Shown here: positions 14,473 through 28,676 of the stretch, piece after piece | Numbering within the stretch: the first letter of the stretch is position 1 | Layout: every line of letters starts with the position of its first letter | Assembly (NCBI RefSeq): GCF_009914755.1 | Contig: NC_060925.1 | Direction: 5' to 3' (one strand) | Length of the DNA: 64,000 nucleotides | Source of the DNA: the human T2T-CHM13v2.0 reference genome, Homo sapiens | Notes under the pieces: model-generated | Seen by the model: only the letters and a program-made list of their open reading frames with translations | Database searches by the model: none | Told to the model about the DNA's origin: nothing | Translations under genes and position numbers: made by a program

Positions 14473-15754
14473 CCCTTTCTAATTCTTTACAGAACTGCTG
14501 AAGACAAGGGCAAAGGCGGATTCAAGCCATTTTTCCAAAATGAACAAAGCAGTATATAGTGTTTTGTTACTAACTGCTCCTCTTTCTTAGGCTCAGCAGC
14601 TATCACGATCATAAAAATCTTTATGATCTTTACAAGAGGCCAGAAATAGGTTATATTGTCAGCTGATCATATTAAAATGTAGACCTTTTATGTTCATCTG
14701 GTGCATCAGTCACGACAACCATTTCACAAAGTATGTTGGGTTCATGTTGATAGTCCCATTTTGCAGATGTGGAAATAGAACCAGAAACTGGAAAGTCCTT
14801 ATCCAAGAGCTTACTGCTGTTATCCATAGCACAGGACTTGGGGGTGAGGAAGGGGTGTGGGGCAGGCCTCCTGATACCTTGTCCAATATTCTTTTATTTA
14901 ATTGAATTTAATTTGTATTTGGGGTACCCATCACATGCAGAGCACAGTGCCAGATGTGTTTCCTTCTTACCCCAATTTCTGATGGCCAACTATCCCCCAA
15001 GTCACGAAAGGCCACCCAGCTGTGAGTTTTAGCTTCTGTCATTCTGTCTCAGTAACTCTCTGTCCTCCTTTACAGGGCAAGTCTCTCTGCATTGCTGGGG
15101 CCCTGTGGGAAGAAGGATAAGACATGGTTTCCCCTGCTGAGAATGAGCTCAGGGAGGAAAAATATTTGTCCTGTTTCAAGGTCACTGAATCTGCTTTTTG
15201 CCTGACTATCTGAACATATTATCTTGTATAGAATTAAAGTTCTGTTTCCTTTTTTATTAGCATGGTGGACCTATTCTGCTTAAGCTCCTTTTTTTTTTTT
15301 TTTTTTTTCCTAATGTGAATCTTAAACCTAATAAGAATGCAGATCCCAGCAGACCTACTCTCTCTCTTATAATCTATTAGGAACATGAGATTGCCGTCTC
15401 TGGAAAACTTAAAAAACCATTTAAAAACAAAAAGATGAATAAATGAAAATGTTATGAACCTGGAAATGTTAATTAAGCCATTCTCAAAGAACAGGCTTTC
15501 CAGCCCAGATTAAAACATCCCATCACTTTTAAATAGTTAACATCTTTCTCCTTGAAATAAGTCCAAATTAAGGACAAAATCATTATAAAAAGAAACAGTA
15601 AAGGGACCAGAAAATGGTGTTAAGAATTTGGCTATCAAACGAATACTCAAGTTAGAGCAAACCACGAAGGCCAAAGCCATAAAGTGAAGTCTATTTCCAG
15701 ACATACTGCAGTTATTGCCAAGCAATAGTCTGGGTACCTTGATGTAGATTCATA

Positions 15755-15920
15755 GAACATAGAGGCTCACAGATCATCCTGTTGAATCCTTTCACTTTTT
15801 GAGATTAGGGAACTGAGACCCAGAGAGGGTAAGTCATTTTCTTGAAGTCACTTAATAGAGTTGAGGCTAGAACCTAAAACTCTAGACTCCCAATCCAGTG
15901 CTCTTTCCACAGCATACACA
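15755..15920 (-). mobile_element. MIR (MIR3/MIRc-like)
   Basis: GGAACTGAGACCCAGAGAGGGTAAGTC...GACTCCCAATCCAGTGCTCTTTCCAC. Confidence 0.8.
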
Positions 15921-16473
15921 GCCCCGCAAAATGATTACAAAGCAATAGTAACACTAACAACAATAATAATAACTTTTAAAAGGTATTGTATCTATACCAT
16001 CTTATCTAGAGATGTGTCTCCCAGATTGTTTTCTTTTTCAGTAAAGAACTAGAATAGAGCTTTGCTTGTTAGGATATTATTCCATTAACAATCTTAGCCC
16101 TCTGAAACACAGACAGAAACTTGAATACAGAGGTTAAAAGACTGAGTCCCCAAAGTAGCTGCAACAAAGTCTGTGCACTAAATGTCATTCACTGAGCCCC
16201 GTGGAAGGCATCTTTAGGCTCTTCTCCGTATTATTTATTCCATTTGACATATAATTCCAAGTAGATTTGATGCAGAAAGTTGGTTGGTAGCAGCCTGACA
16301 TGCAGGAAGAGGCAGCTGTCATTTCTTACTGATGGCCATTAGAATTGACAACAGGTAGCCTACCAGTGGGGAAGCAAGATGGGAAAACTGTAAAACAAGA
16401 AATAAGAACTAAAAGTACAGTACTATGGGACCACTTCATTTGGGGCAGAAAGGTCTACAAAACTATCCTCTGG

Positions 16474-16767
<294 letters not shown>

Positions 16768-17499
16768 CTGTCTTCTGAGGGCACCATTGTACTATGTCAA
16801 AGTACAATAATAACTAACAACTATGACTGAGGGAAATGAGAGGAGGAATTAAGTTTGCCTGGAAGATAAAATAAGTAAAAATAAATATCAATTTTAATAG
16901 AGTTCCTGGCAACAAAACATTAGAAATGTTCAGTTTTTTGCTTTCCGTTAATGAAAAACAGGCAGCACAAAACAGTAATCACTGTGAGTGAGCAACTCCT
17001 ATAATGATTCAATATGAACCTGTGTGGTCATTTAATGATTTATCCTTTGGCTTCCTGGAGTTAGACGGAATATAGGCTCTATTCCTAGAAAAAAATAAGC
17101 TGCTTTTCTGTCATGTATGTACCTTTTTCTGGATCTTTGTACTGTAGATTTTTCTGATCTTTGTGAGTAAAAGTATCATTCTTTTTTCTTATGTGTGAAA
17201 AAAAATGAGGACCAGAGAGGTTAAGGGACTTCTTAAGGGAAAACAGCTGTCCAGGATCCAATTCAGAACTAGAACGTAGGTCTCATGACTACTGGTTACT
17301 GAGCTTCCTCTTTCTCTGATAGCATGCTGTCTCCTTTATAACTTGTCTTGGTTTAAATTTCTGCTTATTCTTTCCCACCCTTGCCAAAATGATGCAGTTT
17401 CTGTACTTGCCTTTGTACACCATGGTGCATCTCAAAGGTTAGGCTAACATGCCATTGTTCAGTTTCATTACACCCACCCTCATTTCCTGAAGACCTCCT

Positions 17500-17820
17500 T
17501 CATTCATTCAATTAAATACTCTTGACATCTACTGCATGCCAGGCATTAGACACTGTGATGAGTACTTGCCCTCAAAAACTCACAAAAACAAAAAAGTACC
17601 TTATGTTCCAGGAGGAAAAATAGACACATATACAACTAAATGTGTACAAAAAGCAGGCTTTGGTAAATGTCAGCTATAACAGAGACACAAGCAAAATACT
17701 AAGGAAGCACAAAGGAGAGATTGATTCCGATTCCGACAGGCGAGGCAAAGAGATGATGTGGGAGAATCTTTAAACTCTTCCTAGAGTTCACGACATTTCA
17801 GATAGACCTTCACAACTGAA
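17500..17820 (-). mobile_element. L2 3' fragment
   Basis: CATTCATTCAATTAAATACTCTTGACATCTACTGCATGCCAGGCA... Confidence 0.7.
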
Positions 17821-17840
17821 CACTTTATTTTGAACTGTTC

Positions 17841-18620
<780 letters not shown>

Positions 18621-19203
18621 TAACGTGTTTTTGCTGTTTCTTGGGCTTTATCTACTTAATATGAACATATGACGCTTAGCAAAAAAAAAAAAAAAAAAAA
18701 AGCGCCTCTCTTTCTCTTGAGTTCCTCTACATTCTCCATATAACACTGGCTGTGTTGAAAGAAGGGTGAAGAAGGTGGGGTGGGGCAACAGCATGTTGTT
18801 ATATCACAGTTACTTTGACCTGCAGGAACTCTGCCCTGGCAAGGAGAAGCTTCATGAGTCTCTTTGATTGTAGGTGCTCCAGCAGTTAGCACAATGTCTG
18901 GCACCAAGTGGGTACCCAAATAATGTTTGTTAAATGAATGAATCAATGAAAGAATAAAACTGCTATGTCTACAGCTTTCATTGCCCTGACTCTAAACTGT
19001 GGTTCTGTTTTACTGATAGCTGAGATGTGTAAGGCCTCAGTCAATAAATACTGATACATTCTTGTAGCACAACACTGTGCAGTCATTGAAAATTGAGGTT
19101 GTAGGAGAATATGGAATATGGAATGACCCTGTTTTGGTCAAATATATCTCATATACTATACATATGGGTGACTTTGTTTTTCTTTTTTTTTTGCTCATTT
19201 TAC

Positions 19204-19496
<293 letters not shown>

Positions 19497-19790
19497 TTCA
19501 TTTTTATTTTCTGAAGTTTCTATAACAAGTGCACATTTGTTTTGCAATAAAATGTAAAGTTATTCTAAACATAAAATAAATGTACAGCATCACATATGAA
19601 CAACACAGTCTAACTTTAGCTGCTGTCTGGAAAAGCACCATTTCTTGAGATGTAACTGCACATTTGCTTTCCATGACAAGATATTCTAAAAAGTGGACCA
19701 AAAAATAATAGTCAGTAAATTGAGCTTTGACCTGAGTCTGTGTTCACATCAGAGGAATATAAAAATTAACCCCAAAGCAAAAATGACTAA

Positions 19791-19826
<36 letters not shown>

Positions 19827-19957
19827 TACACTTAGCAATCAGCTGTTTACTTTCTTACTGATACAACTTGGGACTCAGGAGGCCTGGACTAGGCTCTCCC
19901 ACCAATCTGTTGTACTGCGTTGGACAAATCACCTGCCTGTTTGAAAACTACATTTTT

Positions 19958-20262
19958 GGCCGGGTGTGGTGGCTCACGCCTGTAATCCCAGCACTTTGGA
20001 AGGCTGAAGCGGGTGGATCACCTGAGGTTGGGAGTTCGAGACCAGCTTGACCAACATGGAGAAACCCCGTCTCTACTAAAAATACAAAATTAGTCAGGCT
20101 TGGTGGTGCATGCCTGTAATCCTAGCTACTTGGGAGGCAGAAGGAGAATCACTTGAATCCAGGAGGCGGAGGTTGCGGTGAGCTGAGATCATGCCATTGC
20201 ACTCCAGCCTGGACAACAAGAGCAAAACTCTGTCTAAAAAAAAAAAAAAGAAAGAAAGAAAA
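19958..20262 (+). mobile_element. Alu (AluSp-like)
   Basis: CATGGAGAAACCCCG, GTTGCGGTGAG; TSD GAAAACTACATTTT / GAAAAATACATTTT. Confidence 0.96.
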
Positions 20263-20487
20263 GAAAAATACATTTTCTCAAAGGGAAAGTAAAGCTGATT
20301 CCTGCTGTACATTAGCTTAGGTAGGTACCCAAAGACCCTGGTGTAATAATGATGTTGTTCTCCTGAAATAACATTTAAAAAAATCTACATATTTTACTCT
20401 TAAGCAGATGGGATTGTCTTCTCTTCCAACTAAAAACAGTATGCTGATATTGAGGATTAGTATTTATCATTTATCACTGATAAATGG

Positions 20488-20906
20488 TGTATTGGTTGGG
20501 ATAACACTAGCTACAGTAACAAATAGATGCAAAATATATAATGATCAAGCAGAATAGAAATTTACTTCTTGTTCATGTAATATGTCCTGGTATTCCTGGT
20601 CAGCAGGCAGCTCTCTTCCATGCACTCATTCAGGGATTCAGATCTCTTCCCTTTTGTGGCTTCACTATCCTCTAAGGCATTCTTTTACGTGAATCCTATT
20701 GGTAGAAAAGAAAAGGGCAGGGGGATGCGTACCCATTTCTTAATTGCTTTGGCCCAGAAATAGCCCATGTCTTGCCTTCTCACAACCCACTGTCTACAAC
20801 TCAGTCAGATGGCTGTACCTAAATGCAAGGAAAGCTGGAAAGTATAGTAGTGTCCAGGCAGAAAAGGAGAGGGATTTCAGAGCAGTAGCTCACAATCTGT
20901 ATCACA
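20488..20906 (-). mobile_element. MLT1-type solo LTR
   Basis: TGTATTGG...ATCACA (TG..CA) termini, AATGG/AATGC near-TSD, MLT1J/K-like interior; sits within L2-like flanks. Confidence 0.75.
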
Positions 20907-21484
20907 AATGCCTACCATATGCCAGTCCCATTGCTAGGTAGTAAAGATATTGAGATGAACAAGACACTTTTTCTGCCCTAAGCTATCTCCCAATCTAATG
21001 GATGAGACTATGCTATATTTATGTATACTTACAGTTTAGTGAAGAATGTGTTATCACAAAGCAATGAAGGCAAGCCAGTGAGAACATGTATATGAAAAAT
21101 AATTAACCCTGCCTGTAGCAGATGGGGGTCATGAAAGGCCTTGATTATGTCAGTTTCATAAATGTTTATTGAGCATCTACTAAGAATCAGGGACCTGTTA
21201 CATTCAGATTGCTGGAGATACAGATAATAGGACATAATCCTAGTCCTTGGGGCAATGGATGTACAAACAGGCGAGTTCAAATGGATAACTACCCCTATAA
21301 ATGGGGGATGGGAGGAGTATAATGTGCATGCTTGGTGGGTTAAGTGCTTTGTATTTGGAGTCAGGCATACTTGGGATTGAATTCCAGCTTTAACACTATC
21401 AAACTCACTGTGTGACTTTGGGCAGCTCTTCCAACCTTTCTGAATCTGTGTCCCTCATTTTTTAAACAGGAATAGCAACTCCTT

Positions 21485-21860
21485 GTATAGTCTCAGGAGC
21501 CAAATTGCCTGGGTCCAAAGCCTGGATCTTCTCCATACTAACTTTGCAATGTAGAGAAATTCACTGAACCCTTCTGGGGCTTCAGTCCAAAGCCTGGATC
21601 TTCTCCATACTAACTTTGCAATGTAGGGAAATTCACTGAACCCTTCTGGGGCTTTAGTCCAAAGCCTGGATCTTCTCCATACTAACTTTGCAATGTAGGG
21701 AAGTTTATTGAACCCTTCTGAGGCTTTAGTTTCCTCATCTTTAAAACAGGGTTGATAATAGTATCAAACTCATACAGTTGGTAGGAATATGTGAATTCAG
21801 AGAACAAAAATTATCTGAACTGTGCCTGGTACCTAAAAGTTGCTCAATCAGTGTTAGGTC
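21485..21860 (+). mobile_element. MIR carrying an internal tandem triplication
   Basis: GGAGCCAAATTGCCTGGGTCC...TAGTTTCCTCATCTTTAAAA...GTGCCTGGTAC...GCTCAAT. Confidence 0.8.
21513..21728. repeat. 3 x 72-bp tandem repeat (minisatellite)
   Basis: Units GTCCAAAGCCTGGATCTTCTCCATACTAACTTTGCAATGTAG... start at 21513, 21585, 21657. Confidence 0.97.
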
Positions 21861-24814
21861 TTGTCACTGTCTACCTTACAGTTTACTATAATCATTAAAT
21901 GAAATAATGCCAGTGCCTGGAAAATATTAAATATTCAATTAATGGTAAAGATTATGTTTAAAAGTGATAATCTGGAGGTAGGATGACTGCAGTGTCCTAA
22001 AAAGAAACTGCTGAGAAAGCAGATGGAGTGAAATGAGGCAAAAATTCCTGACCACAAATTTATTCTTCATTCACCCCAAGACAGGTGAAGCAACAAAGGC
22101 AGGTGGCTTTTGGAGAGACAGTGCTTCCAGTTGCAGGTAGAAGGCTGTTCATTTCCTTATTTGCTTTCTCCATCTCTTCTATTGGTGGGGAATTTAAGAA
22201 TATGCCATAGAATTTAGGTTAAGGAAGGAAGGCATAAATGATTTGTTCCAAGAATGCAGGAGGAAAGTCTCCCTAAACACAGCATTCATTAGTAAGAGCT
22301 TCCAGAACCTTCCAAAATTCTGTCTCCTTTTATAGCATCCCGCAAGTCCAAAGTAATGAAATAAAAGCATGGTAATAGGTAAACACAAGTACGGCACCCA
22401 GATAGCTCCTTGGCAGGCAGGGGGTGTTTGAGAGCATTGACTGGGGTCTCATTTTCCATAATCGAGCCCAGCCCTGCTGTGATCACTATAGTATTATGAC
22501 CTATGGGGCAAAGACGGTACCATACGTGATATTTCATTTTTGGGTAGCTGGGGGTAGTAATGAACCAGTTGCAGTCAAGTGAATTAATTTCCCTAGCTAT
22601 TCAAAAATGAAACTTCATGTACAGCAATTTGTTCTTCATTGCTTTTTTTCCCCACTGTAGCCTTTTCAAATTACTCTTCCTACAGAAAAGTGGAGAGAAA
22701 GAAAAAGAAAACTCAATGAAAAAATATTTTAACCTTTGCTGAATGTTGATGTCTTTTCTGATCATCAATAATAATGATAAATGTATCCTATAGATACACA
22801 GCTTAGAATTCACATTGCAGTTCTATTAGCCTCATACTGACTGATTATGAATCTTAAAACATGAAATAAATATTCAAAAAGTTGGTATATAGATTCCAGA
22901 GCCAATTTCAAACAGTTTAAATTATCAGTTGGTATTTATCCAAACTCCAAGGAGTGCCCTAATCAATCTGACTCAGTAGAATTACTCAATTACTGTACAT
23001 TTAATAAATACAATTTAATGATCAAAACACATTATTGAGAATGAAAGACTTTGGCATAGGTAGGTATAGACATGTAACACAGCTGTTAATCCTCTATAAA
23101 TTTGTTTTTAATAACACTGATGTTTTGGTTGCATATAATAACTATTTCATTAAATCTAAATTAAATGCATGGTTAAGCATATTTAAAACATGTAAATGTA
23201 ATGTGTTGCTAGTGTATTTCATTTCATGTTTCCATGCAGTTCTAACAATTTTCCAAATTCAAATTGACTAGGTGTAGGGAAGTCCTTGGTCGTTGATATG
23301 ATACCTTTTTTCTGATATCATTAAGCTGCAGAAATTTAATACCTCTGAGTTCCAAACACATCGCTAGTCAATCAGTGTTCAGGAAAGACAATGTGTTTAT
23401 CTGCTGGAAAGAAATGCTTACGGACTCAACTGAAAGGGAAAAAATGCTTTTAAATAATAGTAAAACATGCGTTTTGCTTTTTTAAAAAAGTAAAGCAAAG
23501 AATCTAATACTAAAAAAGCTATGTTGCAATAACAATCAAGAGTGTGTTGTGCATGATTTTTCATTTATGGATAGCAAGAGACATTAATATACTTGCCTAT
23601 GGCTTGTGCATTACTATTCCCAGCTATGCAGAAATGGAACGTGATTTACAGCAACACATTCTTTGTTGCTGTTCCAATATACCTATTGTCTTCCCTGCAT
23701 TCTGACTGGCTGGCTGGCTGGGAAAGGGGATGGTGCTGGACCGCACTCAATCATTATGGTTGTCTACAAATAGAGTAGGTGTATGTGAACTGAGATTTTT
23801 CAGCTTTGTATACCCAGCAAGCCAATCAGAGCACAGAAAGAACAATAGCTGAAGGTTTTACTGCTCTTTAAGTTTCCCCACTGATTCCCATTGCGACTGA
23901 TTATATCACAGAAGTTATATAAAAATCACATTAAATACCAACTAAATCAAGACTTTTCATGCCTTTTTTTTCAAAGCAATGAAATTCAGGACAAACACTA
24001 TATTATGCATGAAGATCACCACCTGGAGATCTAAACTCTTCATTCCAGACGTCGTATTTGAAAATGGAACTAGAGAAAAGTGTGGTTTATTCATTTTGTT
24101 ATTTTCTGTGGTGCTTGCACGGCTGTTTTGAAAGCCTACCGTAGGAGAGCTCAATTAAGAGCCTTCATAATTTTCACCAGTTAACTTTGATTAAATAGGC
24201 TGTCTTGGAAGGGAATTCAGTAAATTTAGGCTATAAATTACCTACAGTGAGTTTTCAACTTTGGAATTCTGAAATATTAGTGCTCAGACAGGCCATTTCT
24301 TTCAGAAGGCTTGTACTTTACCTGCTGATTTGGAACAATTTTACTTGATTTTATTCGAGCAGAGAAGACAAGGGAAAAACTTCCTTCTACTGGTTGGAAC
24401 AACAGGTCTCCTGCAGCACATGTGGAAAAAAAGACATTCTGCTTTCCACTGCAAGTTGGATTAATACAAGAGGTTAGAGGTTCCCTTTAACCATGTTCTT
24501 TTAACTCATTATTACACTGATTTTCAGGTCATATTTGTTGCCAAAGATTAGAAAAAGGTGATGAAATGAACAGGTTCCTTCTGATGTGTTGCTTCTTAGA
24601 CAAGGACTTCAAAATTCTTTGAGATAAGCAAACTCTTACTGAGCAAATGGGAAAACCAAGGCCATTTCAGCTCAGGATCAATCAACCAAGGAGTTGAACC
24701 CCTTATAAGAGACATATGGCAAATAGCTGTTCACACCACTCATTTCAGGATATTTTTACTGGTGGGGCTGAAAAATCCAATAAAATCTGCAAGTATCTAT
24801 ACTGTAAATTCTAT

Positions 24815-25030
24815 AGAGTATAGTGATAATGAGTTTTAGTTTCCTGCTCTATGACTTTAGGCAAGCTATGTATTTATCCAAACCTCAGTTTTCCTTCTCT
24901 GTAAAATGGGCTTAAGAACAGCACTCACCTCACTGGGATTTTCTCTAGATTCAATGCGATAGTGCATTTAAGGCACTTACATAGGGCTTGGCAAATGTAA
25001 TACAGTACTCAGTAAATGTTAGGTCTTAAT
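24815..25030 (+). mobile_element. MIR
   Basis: GGCAAG...CCTCAGTTTTCCTTCTCTGTAAAATGGG...CTCAGTAAATGTTAG. Confidence 0.75.
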
Positions 25031-25094
25031 ACTATTCACATTTTACTCAGATGTATCTTCATTGTTTTAAAAACATGTCTGTTTAATAAAAACA

Positions 25095-25310
25095 GCTTAC
25101 ATTTGCAAGTGCACCTTTTGACTTTTTAAACCTTTTAACGTCAATTAATTCTCTTCTCTCCAAACATCAATTTTGTGAGTTGGGTGTAGAATTATTTTAT
25201 CCTCCCTTGATTACCAAGAAGGGTAAGATAAAGAGGAATTAAGTGGCTTGCCTAAGGCAGTGCTAATGCAAGTATTAGAACCTATGTTCCTGACTCATTT
25301 ACTTCCATTA
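25095..25310 (-). mobile_element. MIR
   Basis: GAGGAATTAAGTGGCTTGCCTAAGG...TTAGAACCTATGTTCCTGACTC. Confidence 0.6.
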
Positions 25311-26529
25311 CATGAGTGGGGTTTCAAACTTTTCTCCCCAGGCAGTGGAGAATGGGCAGTCGAGGTTTGCATCAGAATGCAAAAGATGTTTTCTGCCTTG
25401 CAAAATTGTTTGCAGACTAGGGTTAGGGATTGTGGAGAGGGCAGAAATGCGTTGGCTAGAGGAAGTGGCAGCGTTTACAAAGGCATGGCTAACTTTTCCT
25501 GAAGAAAATAATAATGTCAGCAGCACTCACACTTCTGAATATATTAGGTTTGTAAATCCAGGGTGCAAATTGTTTGTAGAATCTCAATTAAAGCCTTTAT
25601 AATATTGTCATTCGTAATCAGCTCACTATGAAAACAGGGCTTCCAGAGGGCACCAAAATCATTTGAACTTGCGATCTGTAATAGATTTGAATATTCAGAT
25701 AAGGTCAGTGGTCAGAGCAGAGGCGACAGTTTTGGTCAATAAACAGGTTTAGTGAGACAAAATCTTTTTGTCTACGTGGGAATGGCTCGGAGAAACTGGT
25801 TCTCAAGGGGGAATCAAAAGATTAAATTCAGCTGCGTTGCCAATTTATTTGCAGGCCAAACAAGTGTGCGATGGAAATCTTTGGAGGGGGAGGTGCCCGC
25901 CTCTGTGAGAAGCCCCTGTTGACAGCACCAGAGGGGGCTCCCAGGCAGCTGTCCTGACCACAGCTGAGACTGAGCTTAATGGAGGGAGATTTGTGCGGGG
26001 AGAGAATGAGCATCTCAGTGCTTGACTGAGGCTATCCTGGATTAAGCCAAGTGAAGGTGAAGGATCTGGGCTGCAGTGTTTTACATAGTTCCAGCCCCTG
26101 CTTTCCTGTCCCCCACCCTTAAAATTGCTTTCTCTGAATTGTGCCTTGGCATGAAGCTTTAGCCGAAAAAAGCCATTACAAACTTCTCTCTGTGAAGATC
26201 CACAGGAGAAATTTCTCTCTGGCCTCAGTACTAGAAAGACTTGTGTTTCTCCTGAGTGCCTGTTTACCTTACAGACTCTGTGAATAAGATAATTCCATCG
26301 TTTTGAGACTGTGTTCCCAAGAGTCAGGGGGGGGTCTTCCAGACTGCCTGAGGAGCTACTATGGGCTTGGGAATGAGAGCAAAGAGGGAGGTGGACATGG
26401 GCTCTGGGGACTTGGATTCTGGCTTCCACGAGAGCAGACCTGCTTTTTTGTTTTCTGCATAAATTTTATATGAAGAAAGGATTCAGTGGCCAGCAAAAAG
26501 GTCTGGAAACCACTGACTTAACCAATTGC

Positions 26530-27480
26530 TTCTTGTAGCATTTAGAATAAACTCTAACCCAGAACCAGAGTGGTCTGCCCTTGCATATCCTTTAGCTCAT
26601 CCTGTGTTGTCTCCCTTCACTCATTACTTTATTTATACCTATCTTTCAGTTCCTGCAGTAAAAGCCATGGTCCTTCCAACATGATGGCCACTGGCTGGAA
26701 TCTTTTCTCAACCTTTGTCTGATGATCTCTTCACTGTAGAATCACTGGGGTTTATGTTCAGCTACGTACAACAGTGATTCTCAAAGAACTGTGGCTTAAA
26801 CAAGACAGACATCTGTATCTCTTTTATGTCAGGCGGGAATCTAGGGTCCCTGTGGTGTCTTTAGAATGTCATCTGGATGTGTCTTTCTTCTCTGCCACCC
26901 TCGGACATGCCTTTCATCTTCAAGATCCCGTCATGGTCCAAAGGACTTTGGAGCCATCAGTAGGAAGAAGTGGGAACCACAAAGCGATGCTTCTCCCAAC
27001 CAAAGCTGCTGTCTTTAAGCAGTTTCCGGAAGCCAAGAGTGTTTCCACTTACATTTTATTGGCCAGAACTTAGTCACGTGGTCATCTCCCACTGTAAGGG
27101 AAGCTGGAAAATGTAACGTTTTATTGGGGCAGTAATGTGCTTCCTTAAAAACTGGAATTCTATTATTAACAAAGAAGGAGGAAATGGAAATCAGGAGGCA
27201 ACTCGGAGGTTTCAAGTTCAATGTCACTCTCCCCCATCTAAAGTGTGATCTCAATCTTCCCTAATATTTGCTCTCTTAGAACACTATTCATTTCCTTTAT
27301 GGAATTTTCATAATTTATAACTTATGTCTAACTGTTAAAATTTGTCTTCAAAGCTGGATGGTAAGTTCTCCGAGGCGAAACACTGAGTCTTTGTTATCCC
27401 ACGCCATATAACCTAGGTCCAACAAAATGCCTTTCACCTACCATGTGAAGTATTTGTCATATAAGTAAACAAATGAATGA
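26530..27480 (+). mobile_element. L2 3' region interrupted by MLT1 LTR
   Basis: Pyrimidine-rich L2 either side; ends GATGGTAAGTTCTCCGAGG...AAATGAATGAAT. Confidence 0.65.
26745..27210 (-). mobile_element. MLT1-type LTR
   Basis: GTGGCTTAAACAAGACAGAC...TTATTGGCCAGAACTTAGTCACGTGG...GGGAAGCTGGAAAATGTA. Confidence 0.75.
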
Positions 27481-28269
27481 ATTTCTCTGATCGCTTTTGT
27501 TAGACAGTTCAGAGCCAAATTTATGGTTTAACTTCAACAAATGTTCAGGAGTTCCTGAAGGGCATTTAGGGTACTAAGTTCATTCTAGGCTCTTATTTAT
27601 TTTTCCATTCCTATTTCCTCTTTAATTTCCTAATTTATTTAGATTTGCTTACATTGTAGCGGATTATATATTTTAGAGGCTTCTTTTTAATCCATTTGGG
27701 GATGAAGGGGGTGGGGCAAATATAAATAAAGACTTAGTAAAGAACAGATAAAGTTTAACTATTCAACAAGAATGTTCTAAACAAAAATTTTTAAGTGTGA
27801 AAAAAATGTCCAACAACAATAAAAGATAATAGACATCTCTTTCAGCATATTGTTTGATGGTCCCAGTTCTGGGATGCATTAATGTTTAGTAAAGAATAAT
27901 TAACTAACCATAAAACAGGATGCTGTTCAAAAGTCACTAGTAAGCAGCAGGAGTTCGGTTAAGATCACACTTAGGAAGCTAAGGATGATTAACCTTTGCC
28001 TAGGTTATAAAATGGCCCATTTGAGAACTGTTGCCACTGGATATATTACCTGGATATCAATTGGATTATTGAGTGAGAGGTTTTACATGATGTTTAGTAT
28101 GATGATATATATCTGGTTACAAACTGTTTATGACAAGTGGAAAAGCCAATAAAAGATTAATGCAGATTTAAATAGATTTTTCTTCTTTACTTGAGTTTCT
28201 GTTAATTTATGCATATATAACTCAATACCTGTATATTTGAAAGAGATGCTACTTTATTATTTGTAATGA

Positions 28270-28676
<407 letters not shown>

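Noticed and set aside
21513-21728. Regularly spaced repeats as a CRISPR-like array
   Set aside because: Contiguous units without unique spacers, MIR-derived, eukaryotic context
25845-26429. Longest ORF (194 aa, minus strand)
   Set aside because: Non-ATG start, no recognisable domain, begins in a repeat-like fragment; length compatible with chance
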